NCBI GenBank assembly: GCA_964016885.1
Contig: OZ024742.1
Location: forward strand, 232,872,001 to 232,936,000
Length of the DNA stretch: 64,000 bases
Direction: 5' to 3'
From: Eledone cirrhosa
Lineage: Eukaryota
The notes below the pieces were generated by a model. That model worked only from the letters and a program-made list of their open reading frames with translations, had not been told where the DNA came from and did no database searches. Shown here in pieces: positions 16,658 through 30,169 of this stretch (position 1 is the stretch's first letter; every line of letters starts with the position of its first letter). Made by a program: the position numbers and the translations under genes.

Positions 16658-16928
16658 TGAGTTGAGATGGAGGGTCTGTGGTTTTTCTCATATTAAAATA
16701 ACAGATTAAAGTTTAAGCAAAGAATCGCTGCTTTCACCCTTAACGGGATCTTCTGAAACTAACAAAGTCAATCTGTAAACGCAGAACTGGATATTTCAAA
16801 AAACGTTGCAACCGGAGGAAGACAGGAAGACGATACTTTGGTTCGTGGTAACTACGGTTCTTATATATTTGATATATATTTTCCTTGTCGAGCCCTCTTT
16901 GGATTTTAGTCTTCAATTTTATTATTAT

Positions 16929-17173
<245 letters not shown>

Positions 17174-17372
17174 GTTTCTGAATTTGTTTAGCAAGATTCT
17201 TTATCTGAAATCGTGTGTTGAAACCGATATTGTTATACTTTGGGAGGGTCATGTTGCCAATAAGAAACACACGCACCAGTTGCTTTCACTTCAATTTATT
17301 ATAATAAATTTATAAATTTATAAATTTCTGGTTCGTTGGTTGGTTCCACAACCAGATAGTTGTTTATATATT

Positions 17373-17415
17373 GTCATAGTTCTTTCGTCACACACTCTGT
17401 GACCTCTTCAGTGAC
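17373..17415 (-). ncRNA. Minimal hammerhead motif in the 3' pLTR of PLE family A
   Basis: Minus strand gtca-CTGAAGA-g-gtcac..gtgac-GAAA-gaac-TA-tgac; same strand as the ORF, ~200 nt after the stop. Confidence 0.85.
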
Positions 17416-17616
17416 TGGGGATTCTTTTCTTTGTTTTTGTGCCTCTCCTTTGTTCTGTCCTACGCCATTTTGTTTCTGTGTGTGTGTTGTGTGCTCAGTC
17501 TGCGCATGCGCCACATCCGGGTGTCTGTGTGTGTTTATGTTCATTTATTTATTTGTTTATTTACATGTTACTGGTTGGTTGTTTGTTCTATGTGTGTGTG
17601 TGTTTTCATTTTGTCC

Positions 17617-18906
17617 TTAATTGTAAGTTGTGATGTTGCTGTTCCACTCATATTTTCTATTTAATTTTGGTTGTAATTCTTTTATGTTTATTGCCTCTGT
17701 GATTTGTCTAAACATTGCGTCTTTTCTGTGTGTAGATTCTATTTTTATTTCTATGTTCTCTAATTTACCCTTGTGTTCTATTTTAGCATGTTGGTAGAGT
17801 ACAGATGATTCTTTACTATCTTGAAGGTCTCGCCAGTGTTCATTTATCCGTTCCCCTACACTACGAGCTGTCTCACCTATGTATACTATATTTTTGTCTC
17901 TACATTGTCCTTCAGTACATCTTATGCTATACACTACATTTCTAGTTTTACAGTTAATATGGGGGCTTATTTTACAGGTTATACATTTCTTATCTATACA
18001 TGAGGGTCTTTGAAAAGGGTATGTCTTGCTAATAAATGTTTTTACGGAGGTACCTGGTCTTTCTACTATCTTAATATTGAGTTTATGTTTATCTAGGGCC
18101 CTTCTAAATTTGTAAGCTAATTCACCTCTAGGGGTTGTATCGATGAACATTACACTCTGGTATTTATTGCTATCATACCATGAGTTTATTCTATTAGCCT
18201 TGTTCCTAGTTCTTTCTATTCTATTCCAAAATTTGCTCCTATACAAGGGGCAGGTCCCATTTATGTCATTATTTACCATTTTTTCCCATTTGGTTCTGGC
18301 TCCTCTATACACTCTGATTTTATCTCTCTGATTGTAGCCAGAGAACTGCATACGGTGGATGAAGTGTTGTATGTGTCTCTCTAGTTCTTCGGGGTTGCAC
18401 ATGCGGGACACGTTTCTCATCACCCGTACCAAATCCGCAATCAGTATGTTGATTTTGGTATGGTCCGAAACGGCCGAGTTTCGGTGGATCAGATGTTTGG
18501 AAGTCATGGGTTTGGCATAATGGGAATGGAGGATTTGTTTTTTGTTATTAATGGTATCTAACCAGAGCTCTGTGTCTAGTACAGGTAATCGGTGGTTGGG
18601 GTGTTTACTTGGGTAGTCTATAGTAACTCTAATACTCTGGTGGATGGAGTTAGCTATTTGCTGGATGCTTTCCATTGTGTTTTTCTCTAGTTCCTGACTG
18701 TTCTCTAGTGGAGGTGTCTTAACTATGATGTTTATATCATCAACGTAGCGGGAGTACATTATCAGGGTTAAGGGGTCTTCTAATTGTTCTTTAAGTTTAA
18801 GTTTAAGTCTACTGTCCCACCATACCATGAATAAGTTAGCTATGTCGCCTGCAATGCTAACACCAATGGCTGCTCCTTCCTCTTGGGCATATGTTTTTCC
18901 AATGGA
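17617..18906 (-). CDS. Penelope reverse transcriptase C-terminal half + GIY-YIG endonuclease (uninterrupted but 5'-truncated)
   Basis: ORF 17617..18999: QEEGAAIG, YSRYVDD, LPVLD, YAKP, Cys cluster, NVVYSIRC..YIGETARSVGERINEH; the first ~30 aa derive from the inverted tail. Confidence 0.9.
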   Translation of the reverse strand, partial: SIGKTYAQEEGAAIGVSIAGDIANLFMVWWDSRLKLKLKEQLEDPLTLIMYSRYVDDINIIVKTPPLENSQELEKNTMESIQQIANSIHQSIRVTIDYPSKHPNHRLPVLDTELWLDTINNKKQILHSHYAKPMTSKHLIHRNSAVSDHTKINILIADLVRVMRNVSRMCNPEELERHIQHFIHRMQFSGYNQRDKIRVYRGARTKWEKMVNNDINGTCPLYRSKFWNRIERTRNKANRINSWYDSNKYQSVMFIDTTPRGELAYKFRRALDKHKLNIKIVERPGTSVKTFISKTYPFQRPSCIDKKCITCKISPHINCKTRNVVYSIRCTEGQCRDKNIVYIGETARSVGERINEHWRDLQDSKESSVLYQHAKIEHKGKLENIEIKIESTHRKDAMFRQITEAINIKELQPKLNRKYEWNSNITTYN

Positions 18907-18995
18907 AAGTATAACAATATCGGTTTCAACACACGATTTCAGATAAAGAATCTTGCTAAACAAATTCAGAAACGAAATATATATATATATATATA

Positions 18996-19262
18996 GCAAG
19001 ATTCTTTATCTGAAATCGTGTGTTGAAACCGATATTGTTATACTTTCCATTGGAAAAACATATGCCCAAGAGGAAGGAGCATTGTTAGCATTGCAGGCGA
19101 CATAGCTAACTTATTCATGGTATGGTGGGACAGTAGACTTAAACTTAAACTTAAAGAACAATTAGAAGACCCCTTAACCCTGATAATATACTCCCGCTAC
19201 GTTGATGATATAAACATCATAGTTAAGACACCCCCACTAGAGAACAGTCAGGAACTAGAGAA
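18996..19262 (+). mobile_element. Inverted duplicate of the PLE-A 5' junction (RT fragment including YSRYVDD)
   Basis: Reverse complement of ~18690-18957 with a small deletion. Confidence 0.9.
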
Positions 19263-19271
19263 ATATATATA

Positions 19272-19520
19272 TTAAAACAGGGGGAAAGAAAAAATGGCTT
19301 CACTTGTGCTTTCAACAAATTTATTTTCTTCACAAAATCCAAAAAGCATTTTTTTCCGGATTAGAAAAACATTTTTTTTTTTTTTTTTTCTTAAAAAAAA
19401 ATAATTTTATAAAAAAAATGTTTTTTCTAATCCGGGAAAAAAATTCTTTTTGGATTTTGTGAAGAAAATAAATTTGTTGAAAGCACAAGTGAAGCCATTT
19501 TTTCTTCCCCCCTGTCTTAA
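19272..19520. repeat. Long inverted repeat (~110-bp arms)
   Basis: CAGGGGGAAAGAAAAAATGGCTTCACTTGTGC... on the left, its reverse complement on the right. Confidence 0.9.
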
Positions 19521-19553
19521 TATACCTAACTGTACCAAGGATTACACACATTT

Positions 19554-19610
<57 letters not shown>

Positions 19611-19742
19611 GGAGGTGAGTTTTATTGTAGTACAATAAAGCAATGCAGATATCGGATAATAAGCACTCTACAGTTTGTAGGACTGGAGTATACATAATAT
19701 ATAAGAACAAAAGATGGAACTCTTTTAACCATCTTTTGTTCT

Positions 19743-19783
<41 letters not shown>

Positions 19784-19955
19784 AACAAGTAAGACCCCCA
19801 GGGGTCTTACTTGTTCCTATTACCCACTCTACTACCCTAAGTATTGAGTACTTTGGTGCGTTATAGTCCACCTGGTTCCTTACCACTTTTCCTTCGTTAT
19901 ATATATATGAAATATATGAAATATAAGAATCAAAGAACTGTTCAAAACATTATTG

Positions 19956-20002
19956 TGCTTACAGCTGTTTCCTCCAAACCGAGGTTTGGATTCTTCGGAG
20001 CA
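19956..20002 (-). ncRNA. Minimal hammerhead motif, C4 core variant with palindromic stem III
   Basis: Minus strand tgct-CCGAAGA-a-tccaaac(ctcg)gtttgga-g-GAAA-cagctg-TA-agca. Confidence 0.7.
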
Positions 20003-20118
20003 ATTTATTAATGCATGGACAGTTATATGACCTCCTTTTCAGCCAAGAGACATACCGATACATATGCAAATATTGTGGGTCAACATTCATTACAGAATTT
20101 AGAGTGGCAGTACACACT

Positions 20119-20196
<78 letters not shown>

Positions 20197-20207
20197 TTAT
20201 ATATATA

Positions 20208-21050
20208 TAAAGTTTAAACTTATCTACGGAACAGGTTTGATTTTGAAATTTAAATTTGTCTAAACACCATGGCCATTTGCCAATACTGTTTGTTTGTGTT
20301 GATTTATTATTTTAAATCGATATAGGCAGGCTGTAATATTATAATTAGTATATTTCATTCTAGCTAACTTAATTTCTTTTACAATATAAACACAAATATG
20401 TTGGTATTTGTGTTTCATCATATATATTAATTTATATTTATTACACGGCTCAGAAATATTTTTTTCGAGCTATTTTCATTGTAAAGGAATGCTTGATTTT
20501 TGAACTCAATACACTTAATATAATTGCTCCTTAGGTTGAGCTGATAGTAGCCCCATATATACGGCTGTTATTTCTAGCAGTACGCGTATGAGGCTGGCTA
20601 GAAACTGTAAAACCATGTGCGTTAAACAGTCTTTTAAAATATTTGGAAGTGAAGCATATCAATTTTTTCTGGGTGTTTACTGAAGAGAGCTGGACAAGAT
20701 ATCCTTACACTTATTTATCTCGAAACATATTTGGATTTTAAAGTTTAAACTTATCTACGGAACAGGTTTGATTTTGAAATTTAAATGTGTCTAAACACCA
20801 TGGCCATTTGCCAATACTGTTTGTTTGTGTTGATTTATTATTTTAAATCGATATAGGCAGGCTGTAATATTATAATTAGTATATTTCATTCTAGCTAACT
20901 TAATTTCTTTTACAATATAAACACAGACATGTTGGTATTTGTGTTTCATCATATATATTAATTTATATTTATTACACGGCTCAGAAATATTTTTTTCTTT
21001 GAGCTATTTTCAACTCAATACATATATTTTGAACTCAATACACTTAATAT
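20208..21050 (+). mobile_element. Non-coding PLE-like tail: ~310-bp direct repeat (20208-20520 / 20740-21050) flanking a hammerhead-like motif
   Basis: Near-identical direct duplication; ttta-CTGAAGA-gag...ctc-GAAA-cata-TT-tgga at 20676-20735 lies immediately before the second copy. Confidence 0.6.
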
Positions 21051-21121
21051 ATATATATATATATATATATACTGTATATATAATATATATAATATATATA
21101 TACATATATACTGTATATATA

Positions 21122-21181
<60 letters not shown>

Positions 21182-21224
21182 TTCAAAATATTAACAAAAA
21201 TAGAACTTCTTATGATCAAGTATA

Positions 21225-21287
21225 TTTTATTATACATATTTCAGAGGTACTGAGCTAACTTCAACAGTACGTCCTCATCAGATAAAA
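21225..21287 (-). ncRNA. Hammerhead motif at the 3' end of PLE-B
   Basis: Minus strand ttttat-CTGATGA-ggacgtactg(ttgaagttagct)cagtacctct-GAA-ata(tg)tat-A-ataaaa. Confidence 0.8.
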
Positions 21288-21926
21288 TAAGATGATACAT
21301 GACATACCCTGACATAGTAGATGGTTAGTGAGTAAGATATGACAAAACTCAATATTTATATACCTTAAGATTGAGACATGAAAAAACTTACATATAATAC
21401 ATATAATACATATAATACAGAGGGTGCGTGTGAGAAAGCTTAAAAATACATAACAGCAATTTACATAACTGTTAGAGATTCAAATAATTATTGAAGAAAG
21501 AGGAAAGAAAAAAAGAATGACAGACAGAAAACAGATGAGGAAAATAGTTTTTTACTTCGAAGAAGTTGCACCTATATAGTTGTATGTGATGTTATTTGCT
21601 TTTACGGTGCATTTATATACCAGATTGCTATCCAGACAGTTATTTTGTAGAGGGCAATCTGGTCTATTTCTACAATTACATTTCTATTAATTGTTATTAC
21701 TATAAATTGTACTATTTACATTAACATTATTAGTACTCCGAAATGTTCTATTGATTGTAATGCTATTGTTATTCCTAGTATTAATATATTAATATTGCTA
21801 GTGTTATTATATTCATTATCGTTAAATGTATGTTGATTTAGAATTCTACCATTTATTTTAGCGATGTTCTGGGCCATATTCATAGTTGTAGAATAAGAAA
21901 GCTTAATTGTGTGTCTGTTAAATATT

Positions 21927-22026
21927 TGTTTCTACTTTAGGCACAAGGCCAGCAATTACCCAGTTCATTACTGGTACTTTATTTTATCGACCCCGTAAGG
22001 ATGAAAGGCAAAGTCAACCTCGGCGG
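21927..22026 (-). mobile_element. 5'-truncated SINE inserted into the PLE-B ORF with 14-bp TSD
   Basis: GTCTGTTAAATATT duplicated at 21913-21926 and 22027-22040. Confidence 0.92.
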
Positions 22027-23299
22027 GTCTGTTAAATATTGAACGGTATTTATGTTGAATGGGGAAGGATTTATCTAAAGCTTTAAAGAATAAATTTGCG
22101 AGTGGAGTTTTTATTGCTACAGAAGCCGGGGGGGGGGGGGGAGCATATAACTGATTTAGTTCTGATTTTTTTTCCGGATTTATTCACGGTAGTGGTGTTT
22201 GTATTATAATTTTTAGAATCTCGTTTATACATGTTAATCTTATTAGGATTATAATTCAAATTATTATCCATATATTCTATATTATTTTCATAACCTGCCT
22301 TTCGTAGCGCGTCATTATAATATCCTGCTTTTTCATCAAATATGGATTTATTAGCGGATATTCTAGTTATGCGTTTCTGTACACTATTGACTATTGCGTT
22401 TTTCACAGATTTAGGGTGATTAGAGTAATAGCTAACGTAGTTTAAGTTTTCATTGGGCTTATGGAAAGGGTAATAAAAACCTGAGTTTAAGTTAAGGGTA
22501 ACGTCAAGGAAATTAACTATTTTGGTACGACTTTCAACTTTTAATTTAAGGTCGGAATTTTTAAAGAATTCAATTATAGTTTTCTTAACCCTATTTAGTT
22601 CTGTATTGCTATGTTTGACAACCGTAAATAAAATATCGTCCCTATATCAACCACCGGTAATCTCCGGTAGTTTTCTATTTACCATATTTAAGATGAAAAT
22701 CCCCAGAAGATCCGTGATCTGCGCTGAGTCCGATGATCCCATGGTAATGTCAAAGTTTCTATTCCTATCTGAACGGGTCCAATGTTCATTGTTGAAATTA
22801 ATTAGAGTTCTTCTAGCAGTTAATATGATATCGATTTCATCCGTAGTTAGATCTGTATGTTTGTAAGCATAAGATAAAGCCTTATTTAATAGGTTAGGTG
22901 TAATAGAAGAATAATAGCTTGCTATGTCCATTTGGATGAATTTGTGATTTTTCTTATTATCTATATTTTTAAACCAATCAATCACTTCATTAGTGTCCTT
23001 CCATAAGCTCAATTTAGACTTCAATTTCAGAGTAGGTAGAATTCTATCAATAATATTCTTACTGATTACTCCAATATCCGATTTAGATGGAGCAATCAGT
23101 CTAACTGGCAGGTCTTCCTCAAAGTTTCTTTTGTGATCCTTAAAATTTATCCTCGGCTGTCTAGGTATGAAAGGCTCAGTTCTTCCTTCAATTCCAAATT
23201 TTGCTATTAATTTAAATGCATCATTATTGATATATACAATGATATTAAATAAATGGAAACTATATTTATAAAACCATATATATTTTATATATATTTCAA

Positions 23300-23489
23300 A
23301 GGGCCGTGGATTGGCAGTATCGGTAGAGGGTCGGACGCCATGCTTTAACGCATAGAGTTATAGCCCTTTCCATTCTGAGTTCAAATCCCGCCAAGGTTAA
23401 CTTTGCCTTTCATCCTTACGGGGTCGATAAAATAAAGTACCAGTAATGTACTGGGTAATTTGCTGGCCTTGTGCCAAAAGTAGAAACAA
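23300..23489 (+). mobile_element. Full-length tRNA-derived SINE with 15-bp TSD
   Basis: TTATATATATTTCAA at 23285-23299 and 23490-23504; A and B boxes present. Confidence 0.93.
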
Positions 23490-23631
23490 TTATATATATT
23501 TCAAGGGCAACCAAGACAACATTGGTACGCTTTCATCAGATAAAATACAAAGTTTGTTTTATAACTTTATAAATTTATATATATTTATATAAATAATAAT
23601 TTATATATATTTATTAAACAAACTTTGTATT

Positions 23632-23688
23632 TTATCTGATGAAAGCGTACCAATGTTGTCTTGGTTGCCCTTGAAATCTATATAATAA
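23632..23688 (+). ncRNA. Hammerhead motif in pLTR
   Basis: ttat-CTGATGA-aagcgtaccaa(tgttgtc)ttggttgccctt-GAAA-tctata-TA-ataa; imperfect stem II. Confidence 0.7.
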
Positions 23689-23828
23689 CATAAATATGGT
23701 TTTATAAATATAGTTTCCATTTAATTAATATCATTGGATATTTGCTCTATTAAACTGTTGAGTGCTTTAAATCAGTTATACACATTTATATTTGTCGGAC
23801 TTCCAACAAATTAAATACCACTTCTACT

Positions 23829-23875
<47 letters not shown>

Positions 23876-23932
23876 CAGAATTCGACTGTTTTACCTGGCG
23901 AATATATATATATATATATAAATATGTATGTA

Positions 23933-24005
<73 letters not shown>

Positions 24006-25024
24006 TGACTGCTTAAATTCTATCGCACACTAACCGAAACCTGCTTATGCATGGCTTATTTTTATGTCTTGAATGTATTTACTTGTTTCACTCAGCAATA
24101 CCATATATTAACCACATTTACTTGAGTGAGGCCTGATTAACCACATTTACTTGAGTGAGGCCTGTGCCTTTGTGATACCTTTACATATACTTGTGAACAC
24201 CAATTGGCTACCTAGTCTGAGTACCTACTGATATACTTTGTGTATGTATAGTATGATGGTCATTCGAATTACTGTGATCCTTTGTGATGTACCAAAATGA
24301 TCTATTCACGCCTGTATATGGACAACTGACATTATACTCGCTTGTGTTGCTGGGAACTGCGCTTGTAATTACTTGCTTCTTCAAGGACTCATAAAATATA
24401 ACTTTTTCTCAATTTATTAAATATTTTTAATCCTTTTAATTTAATTTTATCTTATTATTATATAATTTTATTATTTTATTATCATTTATTATTATTTTAT
24501 TATATATATATTTTTTTATATTAATTTATTGTATTTTAATTTATTTTTAGTATATTTTTATTTAATTACTTTTCTTTATTGGATTTTATTTTATTTTATT
24601 TTATTTTTCTTCATTTCATTTTATTATATTATCTCTATTATTATTTTTTATCTTTATTTTTATATTTTTTATTACTTTAATATAATTTATATTATCTTTT
24701 AACATTTGCCTATATTTCTTTATGTATTTTTATATATTTTTATGTATTTTTATGAATTTCTTATGTATTTTTATGCATTTTTATGTATTTATTATGTACT
24801 GTTTAATGCTTTCACACTTTTTAATTTTACATTCTACATTTTTGAGTGCCATCTACTGTGTCTTCATCTTGTTGAATCCAATTGTACCTTGGTATTTTGC
24901 AGTGATGCTTAGTAACCCAAACATGAACCTCTTTGCTAGCTATCTCCAATCCCCCTATTGTTTTTTCTGATTGTTCATGTGATTAAGTTATTGTGGAGCT
25001 TATACTCAACACGATATTTGTTGA

Positions 25025-25069
25025 GCTCTGATGAATCCTGCCTAAAGGTGAGGATGAAACATTGTTAGT
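25025..25069 (+). ncRNA. Degenerate hammerhead motif
   Basis: gct-CTGATGA-atcct-gcc(taaa)ggt-g-aggat-GAAAC-att-GTT-agt; stem I only 3 bp and weak cleavage triplet. Confidence 0.5.
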
Positions 25070-25196
25070 GAATACAGACTGTTTGAGTATGTAAGCGTTC
25101 TTTGGTTTCTTTTGCATATAACGGCTCTATCTACGTACATTGAGCTAACACAATACGGTGAATAAGTGTTTATGCACATACCCTCCGAACTTTACG

Positions 25197-25263
<67 letters not shown>

Positions 25264-25277
25264 GTATATATATATAT

Positions 25278-25455
25278 ATTGTTATAATTTGGGAGGGTCA
25301 TGTTGCCAATAAGAAACACACGCACCAGTTGTTTTCACTCCAATTTATTATAAATTAAATTATAAATTTCCGGTTGGTTCCACAATATAACACTATCGGT
25401 TTCAACACACGTTTTCGGATAAAGAATCTTGCTAAAAAAATTCAGAAACGAAATA
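25278..25455. mobile_element. PLE family A tail remnant (two tail pieces in opposite orientation) between (TA)n tracts
   Basis: 25278-25385 matches 17230-17351; 25386-25455 matches 18910-18977. Confidence 0.8.
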
Positions 25456-25828
25456 TATATATATATATATATATCCTCCCGTTTGGCTAGTAGTGGGTTC
25501 TCTTCTTGCTCACATCTCACTCACGTCGGACGGTCTGTATCTTGATCGCTCATGAAATCCACCCAGCTTATGCTGACCGGATAACCATGTTGCTTGTTTA
25601 TTCCCATCTTTGCGTTGCTTTCATCCTTCTACGTTGTTTACTTGTCTCACACGCTTTACGCGATTTACTTGTCCCAATAGCTTTTTTTAGTTATTGCTCG
25701 CACCAACCTGTGATATATGATTTTTAATGCGACGAAATATCAATGATGGTTGGCAAAACACTGACGAAGGACTAATTTTATCATATGTAACCCATGTGCA
25801 ACCACGCAGTATTCTTCTTTCTTCTTAT

Positions 25829-25898
<70 letters not shown>

Positions 25899-26329
25899 CA
25901 ATATGTTGAAAAGGTAACACACTAGAGCGATATATAAAATATAAATTAAAATGTCTAGGTGCGTATATACATTTTAATTTATATTTTTAATTATTGTGTG
26001 TCTACCCTGCCTTCCATAGATTATAGATTCCATACACTGGTGGTTTTCCCTGTTCTATTGATGGCGCACTATCGCTCTCTAGTGTGTTACCTTTTCAACA
26101 TATTGTATTTTAAAGAGCTCAGGATTCCTGTTCCTTTGAGCACATTATTGACAGGGAATAACGAGAGTCTATGGCTCCGTTAATTTATCGTGATCAGCCG
26201 TCGGGGTCCTGAATCTTTGATTATATCATCATGATATATATATATATATCATAATGATAATATAGTAATTTCTTTGAACTAATGTACCACCACGTGTATA
26301 TATGTGTGAGTATGTGTATATTGTATATA

Positions 26330-26650
26330 ATGGCTGCCCCCTCGTTATCGAGTATGGCCATTGCACGATTTATTAATAATTATTAATTAATTCTATCGTG
26401 CAATGCCTGTGCGCGAAGATATTTTTTTAAAGTGAGGAAAGACTGTGCACTGAGCCAATCCCACTCTCTGAGCGACACTAGCTATAACCCGAAAAGAAGA
26501 AAAGATCAACATCATCGGTAACTACTGAGCCGCAGGTTTTATATCAGAGTTATCCCAGTTTCCTGAGTTGCCTTCTCCTAGAAGAATGCCCGGACAAAGG
26601 CTAGGGGTCCTTCACTCCCAGTGGTTTAACCGCACGATCGGGTGTCCAGC
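26330..26650 (-). mobile_element. Short RTE-related non-autonomous element or remnant
   Basis: 26540-26605 resembles the RTE 5' region at ~57435-57480; the left end resembles RTE/BovB-type 3' ends (recalled similarity). Confidence 0.35.
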
Positions 26651-28703
26651 CCGACTATTTCTATGTCCCCGCGTATATATATATATATACACATATTGAT
26701 ACGCACATATATTGGTTTGTGTGTCTGTGTATGTGTGAGCGTTTGTGTGTATGTGTGTGTGGGGGGGGGGGGTGAAGGCGCGTAGTTTAGTGTTCGAACA
26801 AATTTGGTACTATTGCCTTTAATTTGACTATTTTGTACGTTTTGTACCACGTCCGAAATGTTTGGTACGTATACGTTTTAGAGATTGTACTTTCTTTACG
26901 AATTTGGCTTCATTGATATTGTAAAATCACCATTTAATGATTTACTCTTCATCAGCTATAACGGCTTTTACGTCGAGAAACTATAAATTAAATGTATTTG
27001 TCCGTCAGATCTTACTTGACATCAATAACACTTCTGCGTAATATTTCAAATCAGTAGCCAACCCTCTTCTGTATTATACTGGTAGCCAATAATAATGCAC
27101 TATTCGCTCACAATCGTCAGTGGACGTTTTACTTGAATAGTTTCCGCTGACAATACCCAAGGATATCAAAATATAGACAGATTAAGACGAATTCTTGTAA
27201 GACAATCTTATCAGTTCAGTTTAAGCACACGTGTCACGGCGTGCAGTGTGCTATGGTAGAGTAATCTTTCAATATCTGTACTGTTTTGCTTTTCTGAGAA
27301 ACATTTTCAACCAGCCATGAGTGGAAAAAAGTGAATATAGAATATCATTGATAGTTGAGCTGAAACTGTGCATTTATTGCTAAGATCAAAGTCTCTACTG
27401 CGAAATGTTGAGTGCACTAAGTGACATCCCCAACAGTAATTTTGTCTCAAACTGCAAGAAACGTGTGGGAGAAGATATTTCTTTTTAATTAAAATATATA
27501 AAGTAAAAGTAAAACATTTTCTTCTTTTAACATTTGTCGGGTGTCATCATCACCATCTCCACCACCACCACCACCACCACCACCACCACCATCACCACCA
27601 GAATCATCATCATCATCATCCCTGTTTAACCCCCATTTTTCTTTGTTAGCATGAGTTAGACGAGTAGTCACGTTGTGAGACAAGTCAGATCAGATGACCG
27701 TGTCTTACTCATACAGAACCTTTTCTGGTTTAGTTTCTACAGCTGCATGCCCTTCCTAGCGCCAACCATATTTACAGTGTGGACTAAGTGCTTTTTATCG
27801 TTGTCTTCAAATAAAACAATATGAAAACGTAGAGCAGACAAATAAATAACCATCTGGTTACTAAAGTTGCCGAGGAATTGATTTGGTACCTGACTAAAGT
27901 GAAATTCAGCAGGAGCGTGTATTTTTATTAACATCATAACCTTCTCAAGGCACATGTGTGATATGATATTTGAACTGAATTTGTGCACACAACTAACATT
28001 GATTTTTGTTCCAGTAGCAGTTTTAAACATGTAGGATAGTAGTGTTCAAAGTGGCAGTGTTCAAATGCGATTGAAGGTTTTGTCTAATGCTCCTGACATG
28101 TGGTGTTCTCATGGCTGACGAGACCTTTGAAAACCTTGTTCAGCTACATACAGAGCAGGAGAGATCATCCATGGTACCTTTACCGCATGGGAGATCAACA
28201 GCTTGCAGCTTTCGGGAAATGCGCTTCATCTTTTGATGAGCAGTCCTACTTTTTTCAAATTACAGACAGCCCTCTTCGATCATAGACAGCCAGTCATTAC
28301 TATTCAAAGTGAAATGCTCTCAGCTTGCATGCTCAAAGATTGGGGGTTAGCTTTTGTAACATAACGAAATCTATTTTTTTTTGTTTGTTTTTGGTTTATG
28401 GTGGGGGCGCTTATTTAGTTCAACATAGAGTAACTGCTTCGGAAGCCTGAAATCATCAAGACAGAGCTACAAAGATACACAGACGAATCCACAACATCAA
28501 GCCTGATTCTATGAATAAATATATTTGGTTCCACATACGGATCACCTGAGGCAGGTGAAAAAATCACTTTAGGTTTTTCAGGTTTAATGTGAGCCCAATA
28601 AAAGTATAGGGATCAGAGGAGATTTTCTGAATATTCACTTCCAAATATCCAAGTCACGAACTAGAGCCATAACAGTCTTCGATTTCACTTTGAAACATTT
28701 CAA

Positions 28704-29167
<464 letters not shown>

Positions 29168-29453
29168 GGATGAGCTCTTGCCGTTTCAACAGCTAGTTCC
29201 AGAAAACAATGTATGTCTTTATTTGGACAAACAACCCCTCCCAATGAGACAGCCAGTTAACCACCAAGGCCTTCGGCAATCACTTTGGATTTAGTTGTTG
29301 GAACGGCAAGAGCTCAGCCGTCGGGGTCCCGACTCATTATAATATAACCATACTCTACTACCACAAGGATCGAGTAATGGTTTAACCAGTTTCAAACTGA
29401 ATCCATCCTTATTTATACACACACACGCCCCCCCCCATATATATATATGTATG

Positions 29454-29506
<53 letters not shown>

Positions 29507-29802
29507 ATAATAAATGTGAAGAATAAAATTCCAAGAGGCCTCGATAAGGATTATATATATACTATATACTAGTGGGACCCGTGGAAATTCCACTGACAAA
29601 ATAATCAAGAGGAACTATTTAAGAAAAAAAAAGGATGATTTGCATTTCTATTTCATATAAATCTTATTGTTGCTTATGCAATAAATAATAGATAAATGTA
29701 CAAAAGCAATCTATACTATACTTAATACACATATCATTCTTTAGTTTAGTATTTAATTCTATTGAAACTGCAAGATTAATATATAATGCCATATTCCTCA
29801 AT

Positions 29803-29990
29803 GTGCAGTGGATTGGCAGTATCGGTAGAGGGTCGGACACTATACTTTGACGTATAGAGTTACGCCCCTTGCCATTCTGAGTTCAAATCCCGCCAAGGTT
29901 AACTTTGCCTTTTTATCCTTACCGGGTCGATAAAATAGAGTACCAGTAATGCACTGGGTAATTGCTGGCCTTGTGCCAAAAGTAGAAATA
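29803..29990 (+). mobile_element. tRNA-derived SINE inside the Helitron 3' region
   Basis: Similar to 23300-23489. Confidence 0.9.
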
Positions 29991-30169
29991 ATTATTTACA
30001 AATACAAAGCGATATAAAGAATATACACACTTTTTATTTACCTGATAGTTTCAATTCTATTGCAACTTGCAATTTGCTCAGAATTATCTTAATAGCAGTT
30101 TGCATACAATGTTCTTTGTCACAGTTTTATTACCTCGCCTTCCTTATCAGTGTTCAATACTTCAATTTT

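Larger units (their letters stand above)
21180..23230 (-). mobile_element. Penelope-like element family B, decayed (RT fragments, Cys-rich linker, 3' tail)
   Basis: ORFs 22647..23024 (WKDTNEVIDWF, DIASYYSSI, FDITMGS) and 22083..22406; related to 41425-43142. Confidence 0.85.
23222..23737. mobile_element. Inverted pair of PLE-B-type pLTRs (minus copy 23222-23560 split by a SINE; plus copy 23616-23737)
   Basis: The two copies are reverse complements of each other and match 43025-43142. Confidence 0.85.

Noticed and set aside
16695-16760. Hammerhead-like CAGAAGA-tccc..gggt-GAAA on the minus strand (tail repeated at ~16365, ~35770, ~43480)
   Set aside because: Core mismatch and no stem I or cleavage triplet; kept only as a repeated tail
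25755-25800. CTGACGA core-like word
   Set aside because: No stem II or downstream GAAA
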